Shown: positions 10,097 through 17,902, counted from the first letter of the whole stretch. The stretch: DNA of 59,388 nt, filler included, from 6 parts of 6 records of this genome joined end to end with filler, not necessarily neighbours in it; one strand, 5' to 3'. Made by a program: numbers and translations. Notes: generated from the letters alone by a model not told the origin.

Positions 10097-10504
10097 ATGC
10101 TCGATCCTGCCAAAGCACAGGCCCTGCTGGAAGAGAATTTCGCGCCATGGGTGCGCGCGCTCTCTCCGACCGTGACCCGGATCGACGAGACGGGCGCCGT
10201 GCTGGAGATCCCGGTGACCGATCACATCGCCCGCGTGGGCGGCATCACCTGCGGGCAGGCACTGGCCACGCTGGCCGACACCGCCATGGTCTTCGCCTGC
10301 GCGGGCAAGCTCGGCGCGTTCCGCCCGGTCGCCACCACCAACCTCGAGACGCGCTTCCTCTCCGCCGCGACCGGAGAGAGCATCCGCTGCACCGCCCGCA
10401 TCCTGCGCGCCGGCCGGTCGCTGATCTTCGCCGAGGCGACGCTGGTCAGCCTGCCCGCCGCCAAACCGGTCGCCGCCGCCAGCGCGACCTTCTTCCTGCC
10501 GTGA
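10097..10504 (+). CDS. PaaI family thioesterase (hotdog fold)
   Basis: GGITCGQALATLADTAM and ILRAGRSLIF. SD AAGGA upstream. Confidence 0.88.
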   Translation: MLDPAKAQALLEENFAPWVRALSPTVTRIDETGAVLEIPVTDHIARVGGITCGQALATLADTAMVFACAGKLGAFRPVATTNLETRFLSAATGESIRCTARILRAGRSLIFAEATLVSLPAAKPVAAASATFFLP

Positions 10505-10865
10505 CGCCTCCCCCGGTCGGACGGGCACACCGCCATCGCCCGGCAAACGCCCGCCACCCCGCCGCAGGCCACCCCCGGCCCGGGCCTCTCGCCAACACAG
10601 CCCCGCCGCGCGCCCGCTCCACCCCAGCCCCGAGCACCCGGCCCGATCCCGCCGAAAACCGTTGCCTCAAACCCAATCCCGAGCACCCGCCCAGACACCA
10701 CCGAACTCCCCACGCCCCCGGTCCCGGGCACCGGACCCGGCAACGCCCCACCGCCAGCCACGACCCCGCTCCAACACCACAGCCGCACCCGGCCAGACAC
10801 CTCACGCAACACCCCGCCAGCGCCACACCACCCTGCAGCCCCCACCAAGCCGAAAGAAAACCAAG

Positions 10866-11300
10866 ATGACCCACTACGCCCTGATCATGCTTCTGGCCGG
10901 CATCGGCATCCCGCTGCTGGCCGCGCTCAACGCCGCGCTGGGACAGGCGCTGGGATCGCCGGTCGCGGCGGCCATGGTGCTCTTCTGGGTGGCGGTGCTG
11001 GCCTCGACCGCCATCTGGGCGCTGCGCGGCGCACCGGCCATGGACCTGCTGGGGCAGCCGCCGAAACACCTCTTCCTCGGAGGCCCGCTGGTCGCCTTCT
11101 ACGTCCTCTCGGTCACGATCATCGCGCCGCGCTTCGGCGTCGGCAATGCGGTGTTCTTCGTGCTGCTGGGACAGCTGGTCAGCGCCGCGGCCATCGACCA
11201 CTTCGGCCTGTTCGGAGCGCGCCTTTCCCCCCTGACCCTGACCCGCGCCACGGGGATCGCGGTGATGATGCTCGGGGTCTGGATCACCCAAAAGGCCTGA
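10866..11300 (+). CDS. DMT family transporter (YdcZ-like)
   Basis: AGIGIP..AALNAALG, PRFGVG and GQLVSAAAIDHFGLFG motifs. Confidence 0.9.
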   Translation: MTHYALIMLLAGIGIPLLAALNAALGQALGSPVAAAMVLFWVAVLASTAIWALRGAPAMDLLGQPPKHLFLGGPLVAFYVLSVTIIAPRFGVGNAVFFVLLGQLVSAAAIDHFGLFGARLSPLTLTRATGIAVMMLGVWITQKA

Positions 11301-11360
11301 CACCAAGCCTCCCCTCCCCTCCACGCCACACCCCCGACAACCCCAACGCCCCCTCTTCTC

Positions 11361-11460
11361 NNNNNNNNNNNNNNNNNNNNNNNNNNNNNNNNNNNNNNNN
11401 NNNNTTAATTAATTAANNNNNNNNNNNNNNNNNNNNNNNNNNNNNNNNNNNNNNNNNNNN
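11361..11460. other. Artificial contig linker
   Basis: N44-TTAATTAATTAA-N44. Confidence 0.99.
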
Positions 11461-11533
11461 CAATCCGGGCCGCCTTTTTTGCAACCGTCGGATACGCCTT
11501 CTGGGCTACATTGAAAAAAAATATGGAAATGAT

Positions 11534-11569
11534 GGCCGCCCAACCCCGCTAGTGCAGGGCTGGACGGTC
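11534..11569 (-). terminator. Probable intrinsic terminator closing the mobile-element operon
   Basis: Minus-strand hairpin CCGTCCAGCCCTGC-ACTA-GCGGGGTTGGGCGG. It pairs fully only on this strand, via three G-U pairs, and is followed by a T-rich tract. Confidence 0.55.
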
Positions 11570-11584
11570 TGTGTGAGGCGAGCC

Positions 11585-11779
11585 CTAAACGATACGCTTG
11601 TGAATGACGTAATCGGCAAGGGCGGCCCAGTAGTCTTGCGCTGAGGCAAAGCCTTGGGCCTGTGCTGCGAGCTCTTCTGCTTGGTGTCGGCTCAGCCCAC
11701 CGTCGTATTCGGCGATGGCAGCCCGTTCTTCGAAGGCCTCGATGTCAGGGATGATGTGACGCTTGGACGTGTGGGTCAC
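11585..11779 (-). CDS. Small phage-type hypothetical protein (FEERAAIAEYDGGLSR motif), 64 aa
   Basis: GTG start overlaps the integrase stop (GTGA), SD GGAGGG. The motif is familiar from phage/MGE replication regions. Confidence 0.75.
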   Translation of the reverse strand: MTHTSKRHIIPDIEAFEERAAIAEYDGGLSRHQAEELAAQAQGFASAQDYWAALADYVIHKRIV

Positions 11780-13026
11780 AGCGCACCCTCCGGTAGGCGA
11801 ATGCCATCGATGATGGCCCGCTTTTGCCCATCGCTGATGCCCGCCGAGTAAAGCCCATAGGTCAGCCGGTTTTGTGATCGGGCCGACTGGTGCCCCACGA
11901 GGCTTGCCGTAAAGTGCTCGGGCACCCCTGTGCGCTCGCACTGCGTGATGAACCACTTGCGGGTCGAGTGGAACACCGTGCCAGCAAGATCGGGGTGCTG
12001 CACACGCAGCTTGGCATAGGCCTTGACCACTCGGTCCACAGTCAGCTGCGGAAAGAGCCGCCCCTTCCTTGGCAGGTGGGTATCGAGGTAGCCTTCCAGG
12101 GTGGTGTGCAAGGGCACCTCCCGCTCCGCTGCTTTGGATTTCAGCTGGCGGGTGGCATTGGGCCGGATCTGCAGGAAGCGTCCCAGGTTGCCCTTTGCAG
12201 TGACATCCTCAGCCATCACCCCGCAAAGCTCGCCCGAGCGCATGCCCGTCAGCAAGGCAAAAAGAAGGGCCCCGTGAAGGACCCTGTCTTTGGCGTGCAG
12301 TGCTGTGATCACCTGCGCATCGGTCATCACCCTGTAGGGCTCTGGCTCTGGTGGGGCCATGACTCCTAGCTCCGTCCATGGGTTGTCTGTCAGCTCCCCC
12401 TCCTGCTTGGCCCAATCCAGGAACGCACAAATCTGTTCCCATATCCTGCATTGTGTTTGTGGGGTCAGGGATATGCCTTCCAGCTCTTGCGATAGGGCTG
12501 CCAGCTCGGCCAGGGTTTTACCTCGGGCCACCCGGTATTTGCGGATGTTTGGCGAGAGCTCTGCGATATAGCGCAAGACCTGACGCCCCTCTGCCACCGT
12601 GAGGCTGCCAATGCGTCGCTTGCCCAGCTCTGACGCCAGCAGCCCCATGGCAAAACGCACCGACTTGAAGCTGCCGGGACGCAGGCGTTTCGCCTGGTGC
12701 TGCAGATACACCCCTACCAGCTCGTCCACAGCTCTATCGCCCAATAGGCGAGCCCGCTGATATCTAGGGCTAGCAACCCCCAATCGAAGAGCTTCAGTGT
12801 CGGCAAGGTGGGCAGCAGGAAGGGCAGCATGGGCAGTGGCCTCGGCAACAATACGGTCAAAGGTGATGTTCAGCTCGTCCACCCGGGCTTTGGCGTCCCA
12901 GGCGTCTGAGGTCTTCAGCGAGCGTTTCAGCGCTGTGCCCAAAAGCGGCTGCAGCGCCTTGGGGTAGGTCCTGCGATAGACCCAGGTGTTATGCCGCAAC
13001 TGGGCATACTTGATGTGTGTGGACAT
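11776..13026 (-). CDS. Tyrosine recombinase/integrase with DUF6538-like N-terminal domain
   Basis: N-terminal WVYRRTYP...KRSLKTSD. Catalytic set: TGMRSGE (R), LKSK (K), HSTRK (HxxR), VGH (H), GLYS (Y). SD AAAGGAGG. Confidence 0.93.
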   Translation of the reverse strand: MSTHIKYAQLRHNTWVYRRTYPKALQPLLGTALKRSLKTSDAWDAKARVDELNITFDRIVAEATAHAALPAAHLADTEALRLGVASPRYQRARLLGDRAVDELVGVYLQHQAKRLRPGSFKSVRFAMGLLASELGKRRIGSLTVAEGRQVLRYIAELSPNIRKYRVARGKTLAELAALSQELEGISLTPQTQCRIWEQICAFLDWAKQEGELTDNPWTELGVMAPPEPEPYRVMTDAQVITALHAKDRVLHGALLFALLTGMRSGELCGVMAEDVTAKGNLGRFLQIRPNATRQLKSKAAEREVPLHTTLEGYLDTHLPRKGRLFPQLTVDRVVKAYAKLRVQHPDLAGTVFHSTRKWFITQCERTGVPEHFTASLVGHQSARSQNRLTYGLYSAGISDGQKRAIIDGIRLPEGAL

Positions 13027-13112
13027 AGGTCCTCCTTTCCGGGGCAGCGGCCCCGGTCTATTGGGTTTTCTGTGGAAGTCTGTTGGTGCTCAGGTGCTTG
13101 CAGGGATTACGC

Positions 13113-13325
13113 TCATCCCTGCCCAGCCTCCTTCGGGGCGTGCCCTAGGACCATGTCCCACTCGGGCTCACCGTATTCGCCTGCCAAGGGGCCCTCGAGG
13201 CTGTAGCCGCCAATGCAATCGTCAAAGACAAAGGCGACCTCGAAGCGGTGGGTAGGGATATCATCAAAGCCAGCAATCAGCACAACATCCCCTGGGCGCA
13301 GGGTGCCACCCCCGCCCCCACTCAT
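13113..13325 (-). CDS. Small acidic hypothetical protein (70 aa)
   Basis: ATG overlaps the upstream stop (ATGA). Globular-looking sequence LRPGDVVLIAGFDDIPTHRFEV...GPLAGEYGEP. Confidence 0.65.
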   Translation of the reverse strand: MSGGGGGTLRPGDVVLIAGFDDIPTHRFEVAFVFDDCIGGYSLEGPLAGEYGEPEWDMVLGHAPKEAGQG

Positions 13326-13555
13326 GACCGCCTCGCCAACAGCAGGTCAGGCAGTAAAAAGCCCAAAGCAAACCCCAACGGCACAGGAAACGGGAAGGGT
13401 TTCAGCAGGTCCGGCAAGCCTGCCAGCACCACCAATGCTGCAGCCAAGAGCTGTGGCACGCAAAAGACAAAGGCACTGCGCTGCAGTACCAGCAGCCCAA
13501 GTCCAAGCCGCAAGACACCGCCCGCAACAGCGAGCAGTACAAATTCGGGTATCAT
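13322..13555 (-). CDS. Small membrane protein (77 aa, 2-3 TM)
   Basis: SD GGAGA before ATG. Almost entirely hydrophobic with a basic C-terminus (ARRS). Confidence 0.65.
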   Translation of the reverse strand: MIPEFVLLAVAGGVLRLGLGLLVLQRSAFVFCVPQLLAAALVVLAGLPDLLKPFPFPVPLGFALGFLLPDLLLARRS

Positions 13556-13669
13556 CGTTATTCTCCATGATGGTTGGTTACCATCATAGATGCCCAAGCT
13601 TTCTCGGTTTTGCGGGGGACTTGGAAACAAAACTATCCAACTAGACAAGTATCCAGGCGTAGTTTTTGG

Positions 13670-14308
13670 CTATGGTCTCTTTTTGTCCGGGCGAGCATCC
13701 GTCACGTCACCCTTATCCAGCGGCTCTTCCACAAATGGGTCAGGCCGTTTTTGCAGGTGTTTGGGCACATGGGCATGCAGTGCCTGGCCCCGACCCTGGG
13801 GTGAGTTCCCAGCGTAAATGCGGCGCTCTTCATCCAGCATATTTTGGGCATGGCTACCAAGCAGCATGTGGTCAGGCCGTATACATGCACGGTTGTTGCA
13901 TTGGTGGCGAACCTCATCGGTATCATCGACCACAAGGGCATGGCAAATCAGATAAACAAGCCGATATGTAGAGGTGGTGATAGTGTATCCATTGGGCGCC
14001 GTTATCTTTGATACATCGGGATTTATCTGCGTACCCAATTCCCAGCATCCACCTGGGGCCTCTATATTCATGATGTGAAACGGTTTGGGGTCCCTCTTCT
14101 TTGCGGCATGAAGTTTTTCGGAAAGAAGGGCCATGGCACCTTTGGGTGATTTAAAAATGCTAGCGTAGGCATTCCTTCTGGGTGTTCGCAGCTCGTCGAA
14201 AAATATGTCGGGCGCCCATGCAGCCATATTTCTGGTGGCGATATGCAACCAGTCTTCGACGGTGTTCTCCTGTTCTTGCAGTAGAGGGTCAAATTCGGAT
14301 AAAGCCAT
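13670..14308 (-). CDS. HNH / His-Cys (zinc-binding His-Me finger) endonuclease
   Basis: GGCW...YRLVY...VRHQCNNRACIRPDHM...QNM motif. Start overlaps the helicase 3' end by 20 nt. Confidence 0.82.
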   Translation of the reverse strand: MALSEFDPLLQEQENTVEDWLHIATRNMAAWAPDIFFDELRTPRRNAYASIFKSPKGAMALLSEKLHAAKKRDPKPFHIMNIEAPGGCWELGTQINPDVSKITAPNGYTITTSTYRLVYLICHALVVDDTDEVRHQCNNRACIRPDHMLLGSHAQNMLDEERRIYAGNSPQGRGQALHAHVPKHLQKRPDPFVEEPLDKGDVTDARPDKKRP

Positions 14309-15848
14309 CCTCTGCACCTATGGGTTCTTGTCCAAAAATTGTCCGTATCTTGTCGACTTGAGCTTCCATGTGCATCCAGCCAAACTCACACTTCTTGCTG
14401 GTTTCGAGGCCCGTGAAGACTTTGCCTCGGGCAGGAGGCTTCGATGGATCCACCGGATAATAATACGCCCAGCTTTGCGTTCTTGCGCCCCAGGCAAACT
14501 TGCCCTTTTTCCAGCCTAGCTCCGTGAAGATATGAGTTTGTGCATTTACTTCCCGTGGAGCGATTTTGTTGATCAGTTGACTGGCAAATTTGACAGGGAC
14601 AAACACAATATTTTTATCTTTCAGCTGCTCCTCGAGGAGTTGTTTTGCGACATCTGGTGATAGGTCAAGAAGCCGGTTCATGATATCTGTGCGATGACGG
14701 GTTATATCGAGTTTCAATCCAAATTCAGGATCTACGTCCCTTTCAACAAGACGATCATAGATGCCTTTCAAGCCCGCTTCTGATTTTATCTGCTCTTTCA
14801 CCCCCCGAACAAGGCGGGTGAATTGGTCGTAATCAGGGCCACCGTTCGCATATCCTTGATGGTCAAATTCCATGATGAAAAAGCGCCGGTCTGATTCTTC
14901 CAGCCAAAGCGGAAGGTGGTTCGTGGTCATCATGAAAGCACAGTAGATGTCTTCGACGTATACCGGCATGTGCTTGGCCTCAACCATGGTGCTGTCCTCT
15001 GTCACCAAGCTTTTGAGGCTGTTGGCTTGTGGCGATCCACGCTTCACTTCAACCTCTTCGACAATGACCAGTTTGTTTTCCAACACCTCTTTATTGAAGC
15101 GACCGACAAGCTTGCCGACGCCATTTACTCGCCCAGTATTGCTATTGCCAAACAGGGCCTTCAACACGTCGGCCAGCGTGGATTTCCCTGTCCCCTGCTT
15201 TTCCGAATACAGCATGACGGCCCAAGCAGGTTTTTGGCCTTCGTATTTCAATGCCCAAGCCAGCCAATCAAGGAAGACGTTCTGCTCGTTTTCGCGAGGC
15301 ATCACGTAATTCACGAAGGCCCAAAACGCCGCACCATCAACACCACGGACATTTCGGTATCTTGGTCTTGCCCATGTGTTGACCAAGACTGTTCCCTTGT
15401 CGAAGATGATCTTCTGCTCGTTTTGTGGCAAGAACAGCCGTTTACCGGACCACACCGGTATACTGCGCTCTGGGTTCATCCTGTTCACAGGAGGGTCAAG
15501 AAGCATCTTGAAAAAGTCACGCCAGCCTTGATCGCTCAGTTGCCACTTCGGAAACACCTCTAGCATGCGCTGGACGATCACCTGCTTTAAATCGTGGGGC
15601 TGGTATTTCACCTGCAAGTTATCCACGTCATGGTAGGCATTGTTCTTCTTCACGTACCACGACGAGACGATGCGTAACACCTCTTCTGCGTTTTCCTTGG
15701 TATACTCGGCCTCAGGACCAACCTTGTGAAAAGCCCCCAGCCCATCAGCGAAAGGGTAATAGTCTAGACCTTGCGCACTACGACGATCGTGCTTGGTCAC
15801 CGCAACCTCAGCTTCGTCTGTGAGGGGAGCATCGAATTCGTCTGACAT
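14289..15848 (-). CDS. SF3-type replicative helicase (DUF5906 / D5-NrS-1-like), 519 aa
   Basis: VNTW...FLDWLAW, Walker A QGTGKS, Walker B LVIVEE, motif C MTTNH, Arg finger DRRF. Start set at MSDEF because the longer ORF crosses a terminator and the upstream gene. Confidence 0.88.
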   Translation of the reverse strand: MSDEFDAPLTDEAEVAVTKHDRRSAQGLDYYPFADGLGAFHKVGPEAEYTKENAEEVLRIVSSWYVKKNNAYHDVDNLQVKYQPHDLKQVIVQRMLEVFPKWQLSDQGWRDFFKMLLDPPVNRMNPERSIPVWSGKRLFLPQNEQKIIFDKGTVLVNTWARPRYRNVRGVDGAAFWAFVNYVMPRENEQNVFLDWLAWALKYEGQKPAWAVMLYSEKQGTGKSTLADVLKALFGNSNTGRVNGVGKLVGRFNKEVLENKLVIVEEVEVKRGSPQANSLKSLVTEDSTMVEAKHMPVYVEDIYCAFMMTTNHLPLWLEESDRRFFIMEFDHQGYANGGPDYDQFTRLVRGVKEQIKSEAGLKGIYDRLVERDVDPEFGLKLDITRHRTDIMNRLLDLSPDVAKQLLEEQLKDKNIVFVPVKFASQLINKIAPREVNAQTHIFTELGWKKGKFAWGARTQSWAYYYPVDPSKPPARGKVFTGLETSKKCEFGWMHMEAQVDKIRTIFGQEPIGAEDGFIRI

Positions 15849-15946
15849 CTTGTTGACCCCGCAATTTGCTGAAAACCCGTCTGAACATACCAAAGGATAC
15901 CCAGGCCAATGCTTCGGTTCCAGCCTGATTACCCGACGCAAGGCGT

Positions 15947-15977
15947 AAAAAAGCCCCCACCCGGTATGGGCAGGGGC
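15947..15977 (-). terminator. Intrinsic terminator
   Basis: GCCCCTGCCC-ATACC-GGGTGGGGGC then TTTTTT, 7 nt after the stop at 15985. Confidence 0.8.
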
Positions 15978-15984
15978 AGTGGGA

Positions 15985-16596
15985 CTAGAAGTCCAGGTCG
16001 GAGTCGTCATCGTAAGCCACTGGCGAAGGCGCTGATCGCTGGTGTGGTGTGTGAACCGGCTGAGGTGCCTGCACCCGACGGTGGCCTTTGCGGTAGTCGG
16101 CAAGCTCAAACACAGCATCCATCCAGTCATGCTCGTAAGACGCCATGTATTCGTTGAAGCACGAGGGCGCTTTCCTGCGTGGTCCATCGGCCACCATCAA
16201 TGCTTGGATCACTTGCTCGGGCAGCGCCCACTGGTGATGCAGTTCGCCCAGTAGCACATGGGCTGTTAGGGTGTCGGTATCAGTGACAATATGGGCATTA
16301 TCCGCTGTGGCGTTGTTGTCGCCCTTCAAGTGGACCCGGTGGATGAAGCACCAAATGGGTTCGGACAGTGCATCCACCATGGCAAAGTGCTCGGGAATAC
16401 CCTCGAAGCTTCTTTGCCGCTGTTTCTGGTATGCTTCCCGGTGTCGCCTCGGACGTTCGCCATAGTATTCCAACCTCTGTGTTGGGCTCATGTGCAGTGA
16501 CAGCTTGTACCGTCCGGAGGTAAAAACCTGCAGGCTGTAGCCTTGAGCTTCCACCAAGCGGTCAGGGAAAAATGTCGGGTCAATATATCTGGTCAT
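15985..16596 (-). CDS. Hypothetical protein (203 aa) with SSB-like acidic C-terminal tail
   Basis: Globular core, P/Q-rich linker and terminus YDDDSDLDF. Followed by a clean terminator. Confidence 0.75.
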   Translation of the reverse strand: MTRYIDPTFFPDRLVEAQGYSLQVFTSGRYKLSLHMSPTQRLEYYGERPRRHREAYQKQRQRSFEGIPEHFAMVDALSEPIWCFIHRVHLKGDNNATADNAHIVTDTDTLTAHVLLGELHHQWALPEQVIQALMVADGPRRKAPSCFNEYMASYEHDWMDAVFELADYRKGHRRVQAPQPVHTPHQRSAPSPVAYDDDSDLDF

Positions 16597-16613
16597 ATGT
16601 CTGTACTTTCTGC

Positions 16614-16647
16614 AAAAAATAACACCCCAGGAAGGGCTCCTGGGGCG
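16614..16647 (-). terminator. Intrinsic terminator-like hairpin just upstream of the 203-aa gene
   Basis: CGCCCCAGGA-GCCCT-TCCTGGGGTG then TTATTTTTT. Confidence 0.7.
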
Positions 16648-16674
16648 AAGGGTCAAAGGGATAATGTTCAATGG

Positions 16675-16734
16675 GTAAGATGTAAGGGGTAAAGAGTAAG
16701 GTGTAATTTGTAATGTATAATATATAATACATAA
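16675..16734. repeat. Heptad array: nine consecutive (G/A)TAA-N3 units
   Basis: GTAA at 16675, 16682, 16689, 16696, 16703, 16710 and ATAA at 16717, 16724, 16731. A further in-phase ATAA lies at 16661. Confidence 0.85.
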
Positions 16735-17017
16735 GGGTTTGGGGTGCCCCTAACACCCATGAACGTGAAAGAACAAAAACAACAAATATTGGTGCTGATA
16801 TTTGTTCTTTATCGTCGGGTATCGTAGTGGCTTGAAGGACTTACCTTAAACCTAGTGCCATCCCTGACACCTGCTCCCCGTCTTGTGATGACAAAAAATA
16901 ACCCAAATCTATGCCCAGCGGTTGTCCGAATCCCCTGGATGGTGTCCCGTCAGTGTGTGGCACCGCCTTGCTAAGCCTATTCCCTTGGCATTGTCTCCTA
17001 GTCCCCAGATAGCGGTG

Positions 17018-17802
17018 TCACCCCCACACCTTTGCCATGTGGTCCCGCATGACATCCAAGGCATACCCTGCGCCGTAGTTGGCAGCGATACCGGGCTGTG
17101 CATGTCCCAACAGTTCCCGCGATATGGCCTCTGGGCAGCCTGTGTTCCGCAGCCGGTCTTTCATACGGTGGCGTATGGAATGGATAGTGACCTTCGGGTC
17201 TTCCACCACCTGACGTAAGTGTTTCATCAGCATCCCCGAGGCTGCGTCACTGCCACGAGGGCGGCCATAAGCCTCGAAGATAGGGGAGGTATTCGAAAGA
17301 CCCTCGAGCATATTGTTTGCCAAGTTTTGGCACCGCTCTGACAAAGGTACAGTCCTCACCGAGGTTTTGGTCTTCAACCCCCGAATACCGTTAGGCCGGA
17401 TGTAAAGCGCCCCCTTATCCAAGTCGATGTCTTGCACCTCGAGCCCCACCAGCTCACCCAAGCGGGCTCCTGTGTCTGCCAGGAACACCACCAATACATA
17501 CGCCACCGTATTGTCTTGCACTCTGGCGATAAGCGCCTGCAGCTGGTCTTCGGATATAGGCTGCCTGTCTTGCCGGCTAGCCCCTGCCCCTTTGATGCGC
17601 AGCTTGGCAAACACATTGGGAATGTTCAGCCCACCTTCGATGATGGCGTGGTTGACGGCTGCCTTCACCGTGCCAATCACTCGTTGGACCGAGTTCGGCG
17701 CCATCTTTTCCAACAGCACATCACGCAGCGCTGTAGCGTCCTGCCGGCTGATATCGGCCAGTGGCACCGTGTCCATCTTGGTTTTGCCATAGAGCCCGGT
17801 CA
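17018..17802 (-). CDS. Second tyrosine recombinase/integrase, 5'-truncated
   Basis: TGARLGE (R), LKTK (K), HSIRH (HxxR), LLGH (H), ANYG (Y). The frame is open to the contig end. Confidence 0.92.
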
Positions 17803-17902
17803 NNNNNNNNNNNNNNNNNNNNNNNNNNNNNNNNNNNNNNNNNNNNTTAATTAATTAANNNNNNNNNNNNNNNNNNNNNNNNNNNNNNNNNNNNNNNNNN
17901 NN
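17803..17902. other. Artificial contig linker
   Basis: N44-TTAATTAATTAA-N44. Confidence 0.99.

Larger units (their letters stand above)
11534..17802 (-). mobile_element. Integrative / phage-satellite-like element (incomplete; boundaries not seen)
   Basis: Eight co-oriented genes including two tyrosine recombinases, an SF3 helicase and an HNH nuclease. No virion or conjugation genes in the visible part. Confidence 0.8.

Noticed and set aside
6256-10869. Many long Arg/Pro/Gly/Ala-rich overlapping ORFs in contig 2
   Set aside because: Stop-codon scarcity in very GC-rich DNA. They overlap well-supported genes.
11461-11552. Short + strand frame ending ...MEMMAAQPR-stop
   Set aside because: Possibly the 3' end of a convergent gene, but too short and truncated to call.
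15849-16187. N-terminal extension giving a 632-aa helicase
   Set aside because: It crosses an intrinsic terminator and overlaps the upstream gene out of frame. MSDEF at 15848 is the better start.
16675-16734. Heptad array as a CRISPR or mini-array
   Set aside because: Units are 7 nt with 3-nt variable parts and no cas genes are present. No CRISPR array was seen anywhere in the window.
16761-16774. GAAC-N6-GAAC as an alphaproteobacterial LexA box
   Set aside because: Canonical spacing is N7. A single off-spacing match is not enough.
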